Shown here: positions 51,663 through 63,791 of the stretch, one piece after another
Position numbering within the stretch: position 1 is the first letter of the stretch
How the letters are laid out: every line of letters begins with the position of its first letter
Assembly (NCBI RefSeq): GCF_001194135.2
Contig: NC_068987.1
Location: forward strand, 62,353,894 to 62,417,684
Length of the DNA: 63,791 nucleotides
Direction of reading: 5' to 3'
From: Octopus bimaculoides
Taxonomy: Eukaryota
The notes under the pieces: generated by a model
What the model was told of the DNA's origin: nothing
The model's database searches: none
The model's input: only the letters and a program-made list of their open reading frames with translations
Position numbers and translations under genes: made by a program

Positions 51663-53899
51663 ACAGAGTCTGTCGGTGGATTAGCTTGCCGAAACTTCGA
51701 AGTTACTGTCAACAACATTCCTGTTTAAGGAATTTATACTCTACAAAAATATGGAGTAACCCATCAGATTAATGGAAATTTTTTATGGGCATAAGACCAA
51801 ATATTTATATAATGTATGTAAGTGTGTGTGTGTGTATGTGTGTGTGTGTGTGAGTGTGTGTGTGTATCTACACACACAAGTTTATATATATTTCACGTTG
51901 CTGGCTTTTTATTTATCTTTATTATTTTTATTTTTATTTGAAAACCCACATTTCTTGTGAATGTTGATACAATCGTTTACGAATGTCATTTGTGAAATTT
52001 GTCCTGGATATATAGTGGAACCTGTTTAATTTGAATGTAGGAACCCTGTGCTGTGATTGAAAATATGTTTTGGGATGATGGCTACGCTACTTTCACGTCT
52101 GATGTTAAACTTTGTAGTTCCATAAAAGTGTTTTTCTTTGTTTTCAAAGTCATAAATGTAATATTGTAGTATAAATATCTTCGGGTGAGTCATATGTAGG
52201 AAGTTTAGGTTTTTTCATGCATAAAACTCTTTAATCTGCTTTGTGAGGTGTTGTGATGTTTTGAAATGATTTATTGACAAATCCCCATTGTTTTATTGTT
52301 ATTTTTTTATTACTTCTGAAGCATCGTGTGACTGCGTGGTTCTTTTTTATGTTTTTTATGTCTATATCTAAAAATATTGTAGCTTTTTAAGGACTTTAGT
52401 GCTTGTTAACTGCAATAACATTGCATCTGTAATATTCTGATATCACCACGTAGTGAAGATATATCTCTATAACAACACAAATCGTTCGACCAGCATTCAA
52501 GCTGTGACCATCTCGTTATTTTTGTGGCATATTTAGGATTACCGTATCCGGTATATTCAGTCATTTAAAAACGGCGAGGTAAAATTTGAAAAAAGATTTG
52601 GCAGGCTGAGCGATCACATGGAGACTTCTTCATTGATATCGATATCACTCCCCCATAATGTTCACCGTCATTTCCTATATCGTCTGTATCACGAATAGCA
52701 ACCTTTTCACGCCTGCTAAATCATTTATTAATATTGTCATTGTTATTCGCAAGAAAATTCTGAGAAGTCACAATCTTTTCAATATTATACATTACTACAG
52801 CTAATTCGTACTGTGTCAAAATTAATTAAGTGTTTTACAATATAAACGTGGACTCTTACTTTTGACTCTCGTATGGTATCATGATTTTCGCACGCTATCA
52901 TTGTCTGTTCGTTGTATATCTGTCCAACTGAATTTTCTATCTCTATTTTTGACATTTCATTTTTGTGCGTGATCAATCTATGTGTATTTCTAAATTTGTT
53001 CTAGTCTGAAAGTTTCTAATATTCTAAATTTGTGTCATAAATAATAATTCTATAATGATGTAGAGAGAGGCTATTCGCTATAAATCTAATTTAGTCATGA
53101 CCTTGTGCTTCTAAATGCTCTGCTTTTATTTCTCTTCTTTCTCCTTCTTCCTCCTCCTATTATTATTATTGTTGTTGTTGTTGTTGTTTATAGCCGTCAC
53201 TTGGCAAGCCACTCTTGGCTTCGCACCATGGTTTTTGTAAGGAAGAGCGCATATTACGTATGTTTACACCATTGAAATATATACTATCGTAGACAAGTTG
53301 ATTGGTGTCGACTGGAAAGTTTCTTTTCTTGTTTTGTTCCTCGGTTTTGGGGGACTGGTTAGCTGAATTAGTTTTCAACAAAAATTTGTTTTCGTTTTCT
53401 CCATCAACATGGAGAAAACTAAACGGAATGTAGTGACAACTCATAAGTGAGAGAGAGGGGGAAAAGAGAGGAGCGTCACCAAATGACAATGGGAGAGGAT
53501 GCGAGCGGAACGCGCTATGACGTCTCAAAAAACAAATGACAAGTCTGTTTTTATCGAAAACAATCATAAAGAAAAAAAAATGACAACAGGATCGATTTTT
53601 TCGAGAAAGAACTCTTGAGGGATTTTTCGAAAAACAACAACGGTTGCAGTCACAGCAACAACATTATTTTGCAAGCACACCAAAAAAATGGAGAGCCAGA
53701 TGTCATCTTGAAAAGTAAAAACAATAAAGGTCCTTCGTGTATGAATCAACAGACGTTGTCGACTAAAGAACAATAACAGCAGCAACAATGGCAAAAATAG
53801 CAAAGGTGACAACAGCAACAACAACAACAACAACAGCAGCAGCAGCAACAACAATAACAATAATGACGAAGACGAAGGAACTGAGCATCAACCCAGTGC

Positions 53900-54930
53900 A
53901 ACGGCTTGGAATAGCACTAGACTTTCGGTAGTGCTACCAAGTCCTCTCTTCTCTGAAGAGGAAGTCAGAAATGCCAGACAGCAAGTCGAGGAGGGTGGAA
54001 AGAGTCACCGAAGCTCAAATCCAAAAAGCTTTGGGTTCCGTTTGGAACCTAAAAGAATACATAGACAGTGGAAGAGGCTACGGGATGGTGGGAGTGAGAT
54101 TCCATATAGAGGAGGACACTAAATCTCACTCTCTCAAACCCTTCAAAAGCGAGGGGCTATTGTTGGTTCCATTTTAATGCGACCAGAGACCGACAAAGTT
54201 ACTTATACAGCATGTGCCGCCATTCCTTGTCTAATTGCAGCGGCCACAATAGACATCGAGAAAAAAATCAAAAATCCTCGAAGTCTATCAGCCCAAAAAG
54301 GAGAACTGGTCGGGGATGACGATAGAAATCCTCATCCAAGCCAATCAAAAGAATGTGGATGTTATCCAAGACCAGATTCATCTTTCTGGAAACATCATCA
54401 TTTCAATCAGAGTGGATGGAAGGAAGGCAAAGGGCCCCATTTGCCTTTCAACTACTCACCTAAAAGCTTTCTACCCTAAATTGAGAGAAAAAGGGAACAG
54501 CCAACAACAGCCAAAACTCAAACAAACAACACAACAGCACCATCATCTTCAACAACATCAACCACGCCAGCACCTGTCCGCTACTTCATGTCATCGGACC
54601 TACCATATCAATATCAATTTCCCCCAGACACTTCTCAGCTCCAGAAGATATTCCACTTCCCGACACCAAGCGAACAGACATTGCATGTTGAGAGTCTGAT
54701 CGGGACGAGGAGTGGAAAATAAAAACCAAAAGACAAAGAAAAGCAAATCCACGGACAAAGAACAATCCCCAGCCACACAAAGAGTAGAGAGGAAGAACAT
54801 AAAAGCTACAAAGCTAAAAACACTCAAAACAGTCACCACATCACCATCACTGCCACAAACACCTGAAACACTACCTCAACCAATAACACCACAAACACAA
54901 CCCATCCCCTACGCACCACCACATCTGAGA
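53900..54930 (+). mobile_element. LINE ORF1/gag-like remnant
   Basis: Frameshifted reading frames ending in a degenerate knuckle (GPICLSTTHLKAFYPK) followed by a Q/T/P-rich low-complexity tail. Confidence 0.4.
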
Positions 54931-54959
54931 TAGGAGACAATCAGCCCCTTTTACTATCA

Positions 54960-56567
54960 TCTCTATAGTGCTTATGACAGGTATTGTTCTAGTCTTCAGG
55001 TTCCACGTTTTACCAATTTCTATTTCAAGATCTTTATATTTCCTCAGTTTTTGCAGGCCTTGACAAATACATTTATGTCGATTGGTACAGTAATATCGAT
55101 GTGGAAGTATGATTTTTGTATGAAATCCTTCAGTATTATGTTTGGCCTCTTTGCATCTATCTTTCTGTCTGTTTGAACAGTAAATTTCAAAAGAGGTCAG
55201 ATGTGATCATTTTCAAGCACTGGAGGTGGTTTGTGTTCCCACCAGTTTTTTTTTTCATGGGGCAGCTCCAGATCCTTGCAGATTACCCACTGAATGTACT
55301 GTGCCACTCTATCATGCCTGTTGAGATACTCTGTGGGTACAAGAAGGATGCACATGAAGACAATATGACCAATGGTTTCTGCTTGTTTACATACATGACA
55401 TGTTAGGCTGCCGCCGTTCTTTAAGATATGGCCTGGTAGCTTCGTGTAGGTAGGCATTGATCCATGATTTCATACTTACAGACAAGGAGTTTCGCAAAGT
55501 AAGAGCTATTTTATCAATTTCCAGGCATTTCTCTACCCAGCTATGTGATAGACTATCAAAAGACTTTTTATAATGTATCCAGGCTATTGACAGGTTCTTG
55601 TGCTGTTTGTGATAATCTTCCACAATCATCTTGTTAATGAGACGCTGATCTTTGCAACCATCGCACCTACGTTTACATCTTTCCCTACCAATTAGGGAAT
55701 ATGCCATTTTCTATTAAGAAGTTTTCGGTGCATTCGATCAAGACAGATATTAATATCTGATACATCGTTAGGGTCTATAATTAGGGTTAATATCTTGTGC
55801 AGGTTACGGGTTTATAATTCATTGTTCATTTGTTTCCTCATTTTTTGGAAATAGAAATGTAACACCATTAACTAGCCAAGAGGGCATCACATTATCTGCA
55901 ACAAAACATTGTTGTAAGGTCTAGTCAGTGACTTTCTAAAAAAAGCATTCAACCAGAATCTAGGAATTTTATCCTTTCCTGGAGACTTCCGTTTTCTGAG
56001 AGTAGATTTTACATCTTCTACTGTGATACCCTCCCACTTTTGCTCTTCCTTGGAAGCTGAATCAGTAGATATTCTATCAATCCAAGGAGCCTTTTTATTG
56101 TACGATTTTTCTTCTGCCCAAATTTTACTCCAGAATTCCTGCACTTCTTTTGAGGAGCCAGATTTTAATGTAACTGATATTTTATCTATCTTCCTGTAAA
56201 AATTATTCTAGATTATTTTTAAACATGCTGTTGTCCTTGCGGGCAACTTTAGCAGATATCTTTTACTTGATAGTTTTTACAGTGACATCGATGTCAAGAA
56301 TGGATTTCATATTATACTATTTCTTTAATTTTCATATTTTTGTTGATTTGAAGTTATCAGACTTGAGGTTTTTTTTAAACATTCTATATCAGAACTAAGT
56401 GAATTCGTTATTGGATTCGCTCTTGTCAAACGGACATTTTGTGGGAATGTTTTCGTTTTCTAATTTTTTCACCACATAGAGTCGTTGAAATCTTAGCAGG
56501 TGCATAATAAAGGTGATTGATATCTGTAATATCAACATCATTAGCTGAAATTATTTCTTTAAAGGTA
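54960..56567 (-). mobile_element. R4/Dong-like non-LTR retrotransposon, internally deleted
   Basis: EFWSKIW..KSPGKDKI..FW; GCKDQRLINK..KNLSIAWIHYKKSFDSLSHSW (RT motifs); CHVCKQAETIGHIVFMC..EYLNRHDRVAQYIQW (CCHC); RPNIIL..IDITVP..KYKDLEIEI (RLE). Confidence 0.85.
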
Positions 56568-56577
56568 NNNNNNNNNN

Positions 56578-56622
<45 letters not shown>

Positions 56623-57136
56623 CACACTTTATGTATTAATTCTTCAAGCAATTCGCTTGAGAATGCTGACAATCGTCTCTACTTTCGAATGAGAATACAC
56701 GATGTTACGCTATACTATGCGGGACCTCAAAATAAATACACAGACCAGTTGAGCGGAGGGAGGGGGTGTATAATCGACAAGCACATTCTACAAAATTTCT
56801 GTCTTTGTGCTCTTTGTTGAAAGAGTTACTATCATTATTATAATCTTTATTAGACATATGAGGGAAAATCACGATCGATCTTGGCTCTGTCAAATTAAAG
56901 AAATCGTCTTCATTTACACCTGATCGGGAACGTTGCTTTTGTTGATATTTATTGTGAAGTGTACAAAGAACTAATCTGATTCTTTCTGGCAAGTTTTTGT
57001 TTATCTATTTATGTATTTATTTATTTATTTATTTCATTCTGTCTGATTTCCACCTTCGCGGAAGGATTGTTTTGATTTTAAAATTTTGTCGACGAGCTAT
57101 CATTTTAGTTAGTGAAAGACAAACATTGGCTCTGGA

Positions 57137-57200
<64 letters not shown>

Positions 57201-57543
57201 GCAATAATAATAATGATGATGATGATGATGATGATGATTTTTGTGAGATAGAATCGTGTGAAAGAGAGGGAGAGTGGGCGATTCAAAAGTTGAAAGTGAA
57301 AACAATGGAGTTAAATGTTTTGACGTGTCGCCTTCGACTTTGATGAAAGACGCCAACGTCATTAGCAAAATAAAAGACATACCTCAATACCTCATAGCCA
57401 GAAAAACAACAGCAGCAACGAATACGACGACTCCGATGACGACAGTAGCAGCTTCAGTAGCCACAGCAAGGATAATGAGAATAGAAAAAGAAACAAGAAA
57501 AACAATGTAAGTAGTGACTGCACTACTGCCACCGCGCAATTAA

Positions 57544-57766
57544 CCCTTTTGTTACCAACCTGTCTCAGACTGTTCTTGGCTCTTTGTTGCAAACTTCTTG
57601 TTTTTTTTAGTGATCTAAGTTAAAATCTTCTATTAAAATTTCCTGTTAATTTATGTTCCGAATACTAGCTTAATAACGACAAAGTTATTTTATAAAATTC
57701 TTCATTGTTTTAAAAATAAATCGAAACAAATGTAGTGTATTTAAACACAAATATAGTAACGAAAGG
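57544..57766. mobile_element. piggyBac-like MITE (right end eroded)
   Basis: TTAA|cccttttgttacca on the left; tagtaacgaaagg on the right is the inverted match; right TTAA is missing. Confidence 0.5.
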
Positions 57767-57832
57767 CAGTAAGCAATATCTCCTCATGTCGACGGTCCAA
57801 ATACAGCTAGGCTGCCAACATTTCTGAAATAA

Positions 57833-58042
57833 GGTGGTGAGCTGGCAGGATCGTTAGCACGCCGGGCAAAATGTTTAGTGGTATTTCGTCTGTCTTTATG
57901 TTCTGAGTTCGAATTCCGCCAAGGCCGACTTTGCTTCTCGTCGCTTTCGATGAAATAAATACCAGCTGAGCACGAAGGTCGATGTAATCGACTTGCGTCC
58001 TCCCCCGAAATTATTGGTCTTGTTCCAAAATTTGAATCCACT
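57833..58042 (+). mobile_element. SINE family B with 13-bp TSD
   Basis: atttctgaaataa at 57820-57832 and 58043-58055. Confidence 0.88.
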
Positions 58043-58633
58043 ATTTCTGAAATAACAGCGGAGAGGCAAGCTTTCAGAGATAGCAAAGGCCCAGTGAAAA
58101 CAGAAAACCAAAAAAGACTTTTTGTAATTCCCAGCAGATGTGCTGGAGCATGTAGAGAATTGCACTTTTATGTACGGATGCATAAAAAAACGGTGTGTTT
58201 AAGAAACTGACACAAGTACAGCCAGAGAGGTGTCTGAGAGAAATGGAAGAACTCACCGTTAACGATGGGGATTTCACTACGATAAACTCAAGATAAGGAA
58301 ATGAAAACGAGGTGATTAATTACTGTACTGTCCCTTTGAAAAATCATGATTTTGTGCTATCTTCTTTTTACATAGGGAAAAGGGCTGAAAGAGGTAGGGA
58401 TGAACATGATCATCAGTATCATTATGACCGTCATCATAGTCGTCATCATTGTCATCATGATCATCATCTACAACAATGATGACGACGATGGTGATCACAA
58501 TAGCAGCATAATGGCTGAACTACTAGAACAAGAACAGAAACAAGAGACACAATATCAATAACTCAAGAAACAACTGTAGCAGTAGTAGCAACAGCAGCAG
58601 CAGAGGTAGGATCATCTTCATCATCATCATCAG

Positions 58634-58675
<42 letters not shown>

Positions 58676-59263
58676 TATCACCAGCAGAAGCAGCAGCAGT
58701 AGTAGTAGTAGCAGCGGCAGCAGCAGCACACTTCCACTGTTAATAGAAAGAACAACAAAACAAATCAACGAATTTAATAATTAGATAGGTTGAAGTTTTT
58801 AATGGCTGACGAGCGACTCCTAGCTAGAAGCATAACGGAGGTTAATTCCGGCTTAATTAATTGCGTATTCCGTGTATCATATGTAATTCAAAGGACATAT
58901 TTCTTTGACGTCCATGCATCATATGCACATTCCTAATGTTTTTTTTATCCACCAGAGTAAGTTGGAACTTAAGAAAGGAAAGTTTTATATTATTCAGAAT
59001 GTAAGAAACAAGAGCCAAGTAAAACACTGGAAACAAACATGGATGCTTAGAACACAATTATGAAAATTGTGGTTGTTTAGATGGTAGTGGTTTTTATTGT
59101 TGTGGCTGTGCTAGTAGAAGTGGAGGTGATTACGATACTTATTAATACTTAGTACTTTACCTAAATTGTGTATCACGTAATAAATATGGACGCCAGGAAA
59201 TATCTCCTGTGGTAGTGGCAGTAATGGTTATGGTACTTGATAACACTACCTGTCCTGTGTATC

Positions 59264-59428
59264 TGTTGTGTCGACGCCCCCAAGCGAAGTAGTAGGATCG
59301 CCCAAGACATATAAATAGAGGTAGTCTGACCGTGGTGGAGTGTTGAGTGACGAGTTGAGTAGCCGAAATCTAGCGGCGGACTAGAGATCATCCGAAGGTG
59401 CTAGATAGCAGTAACTTGAGATATAACA
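59264..59428 (+). mobile_element. Short solo LTR (165 bp)
   Basis: TGTT...AACA termini, 5-bp TSD gtatc (59259-59263, 59429-59433), TATAAA at 59310-59315. Confidence 0.65.
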
Positions 59429-60079
59429 GTATCACGTCTCATACACGTGATATATTTTCCTGGTATCTATGCATCATATATGTTACACGTTCCCTTTTTA
59501 CAATAACCAGTGATAACTTAGGAATTACGAAAGGAAAGCTTATATTACAAAGAACGCATGAAACAAGGCCTAGCTAAAAGTATGAAAGCAAGTATGGAGG
59601 TTTAGGACAACCAAATGAAAATACTTTGGACAGGCTAAGGATCAAGGAATTGGCTTTCCGCATGAACTAAAGGCACTAAAAAATTATCCTAGATGAACTG
59701 GAAAAGCTTTCAAGAGGTTCCGAACAAGAATTAACTCTAGAGCAAAGTAAGTGATCCTTTCTGTCATTCTTCTCCTTAATCTAACATGGCATGAAGAAGA
59801 AGAAGAAGAAGAAGAAGAAGAAGAAGAAGAAGAAGAAGAAGGAGGAGGAGGAAGATGACTGGTGGTGGAGGTTTGGAGTACTTTTTTTTACAAGGTTTCT
59901 ATCTGTGTTTTGTTTTTTCTCGTTATTTTTGTTTTAGCTGTTATAGCATTTCCTGTTATACGAACATCCTGTAATCGATCGTTTTTAGCATTTTTTCTTG
60001 GTTTACATTTTTGGCCTTTCGTTGAGTTTACTTTAACAAGAGAAAACACACTTAAAACTGAATCGAATGCTACAATTTA

Positions 60080-60600
60080 GGTGCTAGCACAGTAATGTGC
60101 CAGATCCAGCCTTCAATCCCCAGAAGAGATTGGTAAAAAGCCGAACTTGCAATCTTCAGTTCGGTTTTCGTTCCTATCATCACGTATGATCTTAAATGTT
60201 GCATAAGTGTACGATCACGTACGCAAGTAGCCGAAATGAGTTTTCTCTGAAGGATGTATGGAGAAATGCAACTCAACAAGGTGAGAAGCTTGGAGAGCAG
60301 AGAGTCTCTCCATGTCGAGTCAATATTTCTCCGCATTGATAGATCACATGTCGCAGGAACGAGTCGCAAGAGAGGTTCTTCAAGCCGAACCCACCGGCAA
60401 GAGATCTAAAGGTACATCACGAGCGAGATGGTTGGATAATATCCCTAGTCTCAGTTGGTTACATTATGGAATCCAGCTGAAAAATGTAATTATGTTTGCT
60501 TTCGATAGAACCCTGTGGAGGAGGTGTCTGAGAACTCTACCCCCACTATCCCCCTAAGAATAGTTGGCAGAGAAGATGGTTGGATGTTTAAAACTTTCAT
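60080..60600 (+). mobile_element. RTE-type LINE C-terminal fragment
   Basis: HMSQERVAREVLQAEPTGKRSKGTSRARWLDNI..DRTLWRRCLRTLPP*; upstream AIFSSVFVPIITY..QVAEMSFL. Confidence 0.7.
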
Positions 60601-61915
60601 TTTAATAATCATAATGTATAGGATATTCTAAATTTGGAAGTAATGTTCCATCCATATAGACACACACGCCCCGATTGAAACAGAATACTACTTCTACACC
60701 CTTTTCATATAATAGCTTACACTTTTACTTCATTCGTTCCAAACCATAACTATATTTTTGTTACTTCACTACTTTTACGTCTTCTAATAATTTCCAATTC
60801 ATCGTCCGCAGTTAACACACATCATATATATTGACGTATACGTGAGCATATATGTGCGTGTATATGTATAACTGTATGTATGTGTATATCTCTGTGTTAC
60901 GTATACACACTCAGATTTTCATAGCTAAAAATGTACTTCGATGTCGGATTCATTGATCTCAACAGTGAATTCACTAAGCTCTCATAATTCATATTAAGCT
61001 GATGTTGTCAAAAGAGATTGATTCATTAGTCCGACCGTATTGATTACCATCAATAATACCTAATTTGTTCACTTTTACCGCCACTTTATCAACAGATATT
61101 CTTCTACTTTACCTGCAATGTCGTGTCTTTATTCTCGGCATCTCCATCATACCGACGTTTTACATAATTAAAAAAAAGACACTTAAGCTTAGATGCACAC
61201 TCACACACACACACACACACACACACAAACATATATATATANNNNNNNNNNNNNNNNNNNNNNNNNNNNNNNNNNNNNNNNNNNNNNNNNNNNNNNNNNN
61301 NNNNNNNNNNNNNNNNNNNNNNNNNNNNNNNNNNNNNNNNNNNNNNNNNNNNNNNNNNNNNNNNNNNNNNNNNNNNNNNNNNNNNNNNNNNNNNNNNNNN
61401 NNNNNNNNNNNNNNNNNNNNNNNNNNNNNNNNNNNNNNNNNNNNNNNNNNNNNNNNNNNNNNNNNNNNNNNNNNNNNNNNNNNNNNNNNNNNNNNNNNNN
61501 NNNNNNNNNNNNNNNNNNNNNNNNNNNNNNNNNNNNNNNNNNNNNNNNNNNNNNNNNNNNNNNNNNNNNNNNNNNNNNNNNNNNNNNNNNNNNNNNNNNN
61601 NNNNNNNNNNNNNNNNNNNNNNNNNNNNNNNNNNNNNNNNNNNNNNNNNNNNNNNNNNNNNNNNNNNNNNNNNNNNNNNNNNNNNNNNNNNNNNNNNNNN
61701 NNNNNNNNNNNNNNNNNNNNNNNNNNNNNNNNNNNNNNNNNNNNNNNNNNNNNNNNNNNNNNNNNNNNNNNNNNNNNNNNNNNNNNNNNNNNNNNNNNNN
61801 NNNNNNNNNNNNNNNNNNNNNNNNNNNNNNNNNNNNNNNNNNNNNNNNNNNNNNNNNNNNNNNNNNNNNNNNNNNNNNNNNNNNNNNNTATATATATATA
61901 TATATATATATATAT

Positions 61916-62249
61916 TCGGAGACCCCCCCCCCACCGGTTACGAATGACCATGAGATTGCACCTAGAAAGCACAAACCTCCGAGGCACAAACCTGTGCTAG
62001 GTTGTTTATGGAAGGCCAGCAGTCGCCCATGCATACCGGCCTCCCCTCTCCACGCCACCGATGTTATTCAAGGGAAAGGCAAAGGCTGATACAGCTTGGC
62101 ACCAGTGACGTCGCAACTCATTTCTATAGCTGAGTGAACTGGAGCAACGTGAACTAAAGTGTCTTGCTCAAGAACACAACACACAGCCCGGTCCGGGATT
62201 CGAACTCACAACCTCACGGTCGTAAGCTAGATGCTCTAACCACTGAACT
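61916..62249 (-). mobile_element. CORE-type tRNA SINE (head and core shared with family C, different tail)
   Basis: cagtggttagagcatctagc..gagttcgaatcccggaccgggc..cttgagcaagacacttt..gctccagttcactcagct. Confidence 0.85.
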
Positions 62250-62269
62250 ATATATATATAGCAAAAATT

Positions 62270-63400
62270 TAGATTCAGATGAATGAGGTACTTAAGTTGA
62301 AGCACCAGAATTTAATACGGCATTATCCATACAATTTCGAAGTAAAGTGATTAAAATCAAAATAAGCAACAAGGATATCCGACATCGTAGATCCCAGCCC
62401 ACGCAGGAATCGTTCCAAAATCGGAGATCCCACCCAACACATAAGAATTCACTTCACGACTGTAGGTTCCAACCTACACTAAGGGACCAAAATTACACCA
62501 ACTACGAACAACCCAGACCCCGGAATAACCAAAACTCGTTTAGAAGACCACACAATAATGAGGGAAATACTAATACACACCAAAATACTGCAGAGAGAAC
62601 TCCCAGAAATCATTTTTAGGCCAGGGCAACAGAATCCACGACACCAGATGGTACATACCAACCCTGAAAAACCCAAAATAGTTAATCATTCAAACCTAAA
62701 CCTCTTAACTCAACAAATCAAAATCCTCTCAAAAGGACTGAAATTCACTCCAACTTCACAATACCCTAGCCTCATTGAAATACATGATGATGTCACACTT
62801 TTGCAGAAAATTACGTCTCACAGAGGAATTTTTTGATAAGGAAAATAATAACAACGAATCAGTGGTTCGCAATAAGAGCGATTACAATCTTACAAAAGGC
62901 AGAAACAAAACCCACATCTAAAAAAAGCACTCGAAACCCATAAAATAATAAAAAGCAAGAGACAAGCCAAATCCCTAAAAAACTTACTCACCAATGCAAA
63001 ATTACCCAATACAAGCCCAATACCCATCGTCAAAAAGTGTGGTCGATCTAACTGCAGGACTTGCATCCACCTCATTGAAGGAACAATATGCAAATTCCAG
63101 TCAGGTCACACTTGTCGTAAAAAAAATAACTTCACCTGCGCATCAAAGAATTTACTTAATGCCATTAGGCGTGAAGGGTGCCAAAGACTACAAAGTACAG
63201 GCTAGTCTTACCCTCAGAGATAGGATGACAGTCCACCGCCAACAATTGAAGGACCCCACCACAAAACAGATACCACTTAGTGGCCACTTAGATCTCTGTG
63301 TACAAAACAAGTCCCCAAATTCCTAGTTTTCTCACTGTATCAATGCCCAGACAACACCACTGACCAAATACGAATAAGTAAGGAAAATATACTTATTCAA
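62270..63400 (+). mobile_element. Penelope-like element (Neptune-type GIY-YIG), RT deleted
   Basis: IVNHSNLNL..ILSKGLKFTPT (PLE N-terminal motif); then KCGRSNCRTC..FTCASKNL..LTLRDRMTVHRQQ..IPLSGHLDLC; no RT between them. Confidence 0.8.
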
Positions 63401-63737
63401 ACACATACAGAAACACACACAGATGTACAAACACATACACACAAATACAATGCAAACATCCCACACAAACACACACACACATACATATACACACACGCAC
63501 AAACACAATATCCCCACGCTCGAGCACAAACCCACACACATTCTAAGAAAAAACACATACATATATACACATGCAATACGATTCTAGCAATCACAACCAA
63601 CACTCGCACACACACATACACACACACAAAAGTGCACACATATACACGCTCCATCCTGCTAAATATAAAGCACACACATACACAGTCCCATCCATACACC
63701 ACATTGAACTCTAAGACCAATCAAAAAAACCCTCACA

Positions 63738-63777
<40 letters not shown>

Positions 63778-63791
63778 CACACACACACACA
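63400..63791. repeat. Degenerate (CA)n tract
   Basis: Direct reading. Confidence 0.9.

Noticed and set aside
59640-59755. Plus-strand exon ending at GTAAGT (DELEKLSRGSEQELTLEQ)
   Set aside because: No convincing acceptor, in-frame stops just upstream and no recognisable homology.

Overview
AT-rich, gap-ridden animal genomic DNA. The SINE, RTE and Penelope content suggests a coleoid cephalopod, probably an Octopus draft assembly (inference). No host protein-coding gene could be identified; most long ORFs in the track are artefacts of N gaps or microsatellites. The window is a mosaic of microsatellites, at least four tRNA-derived SINE families, decayed RTE, R4/Dong-like and other LINE pieces, Penelope-like elements (PLEs), a non-autonomous Helitron with intact ends, Tc1/mariner and pogo remnants, piggyBac-like MITEs and a solo LTR. 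The most notable signal is a set of hammerhead ribozyme (HHR) motifs: one fully canonical (17822-17916, minus), one near-canonical (219-312), and a CUGUUGA-core variant family. A tRNA-headed SINE (19265-19671) has a 3' body with a hammerhead core; that body matches the sequence just after the stop codon of a Penelope GIY-YIG ORF (39345-40050), and the SINE has a perfect 20-bp 5' inverted duplication. Together these suggest a Penelope-mobilised, ribozyme-bearing SINE. Other oddities are a nested palindrome with a divergent telomeric core, a six-copy SINE stack with an apparent age gradient, and two long foldback hairpins. All alignments, translations and folds were done by eye and boundaries are approximate unless stated.
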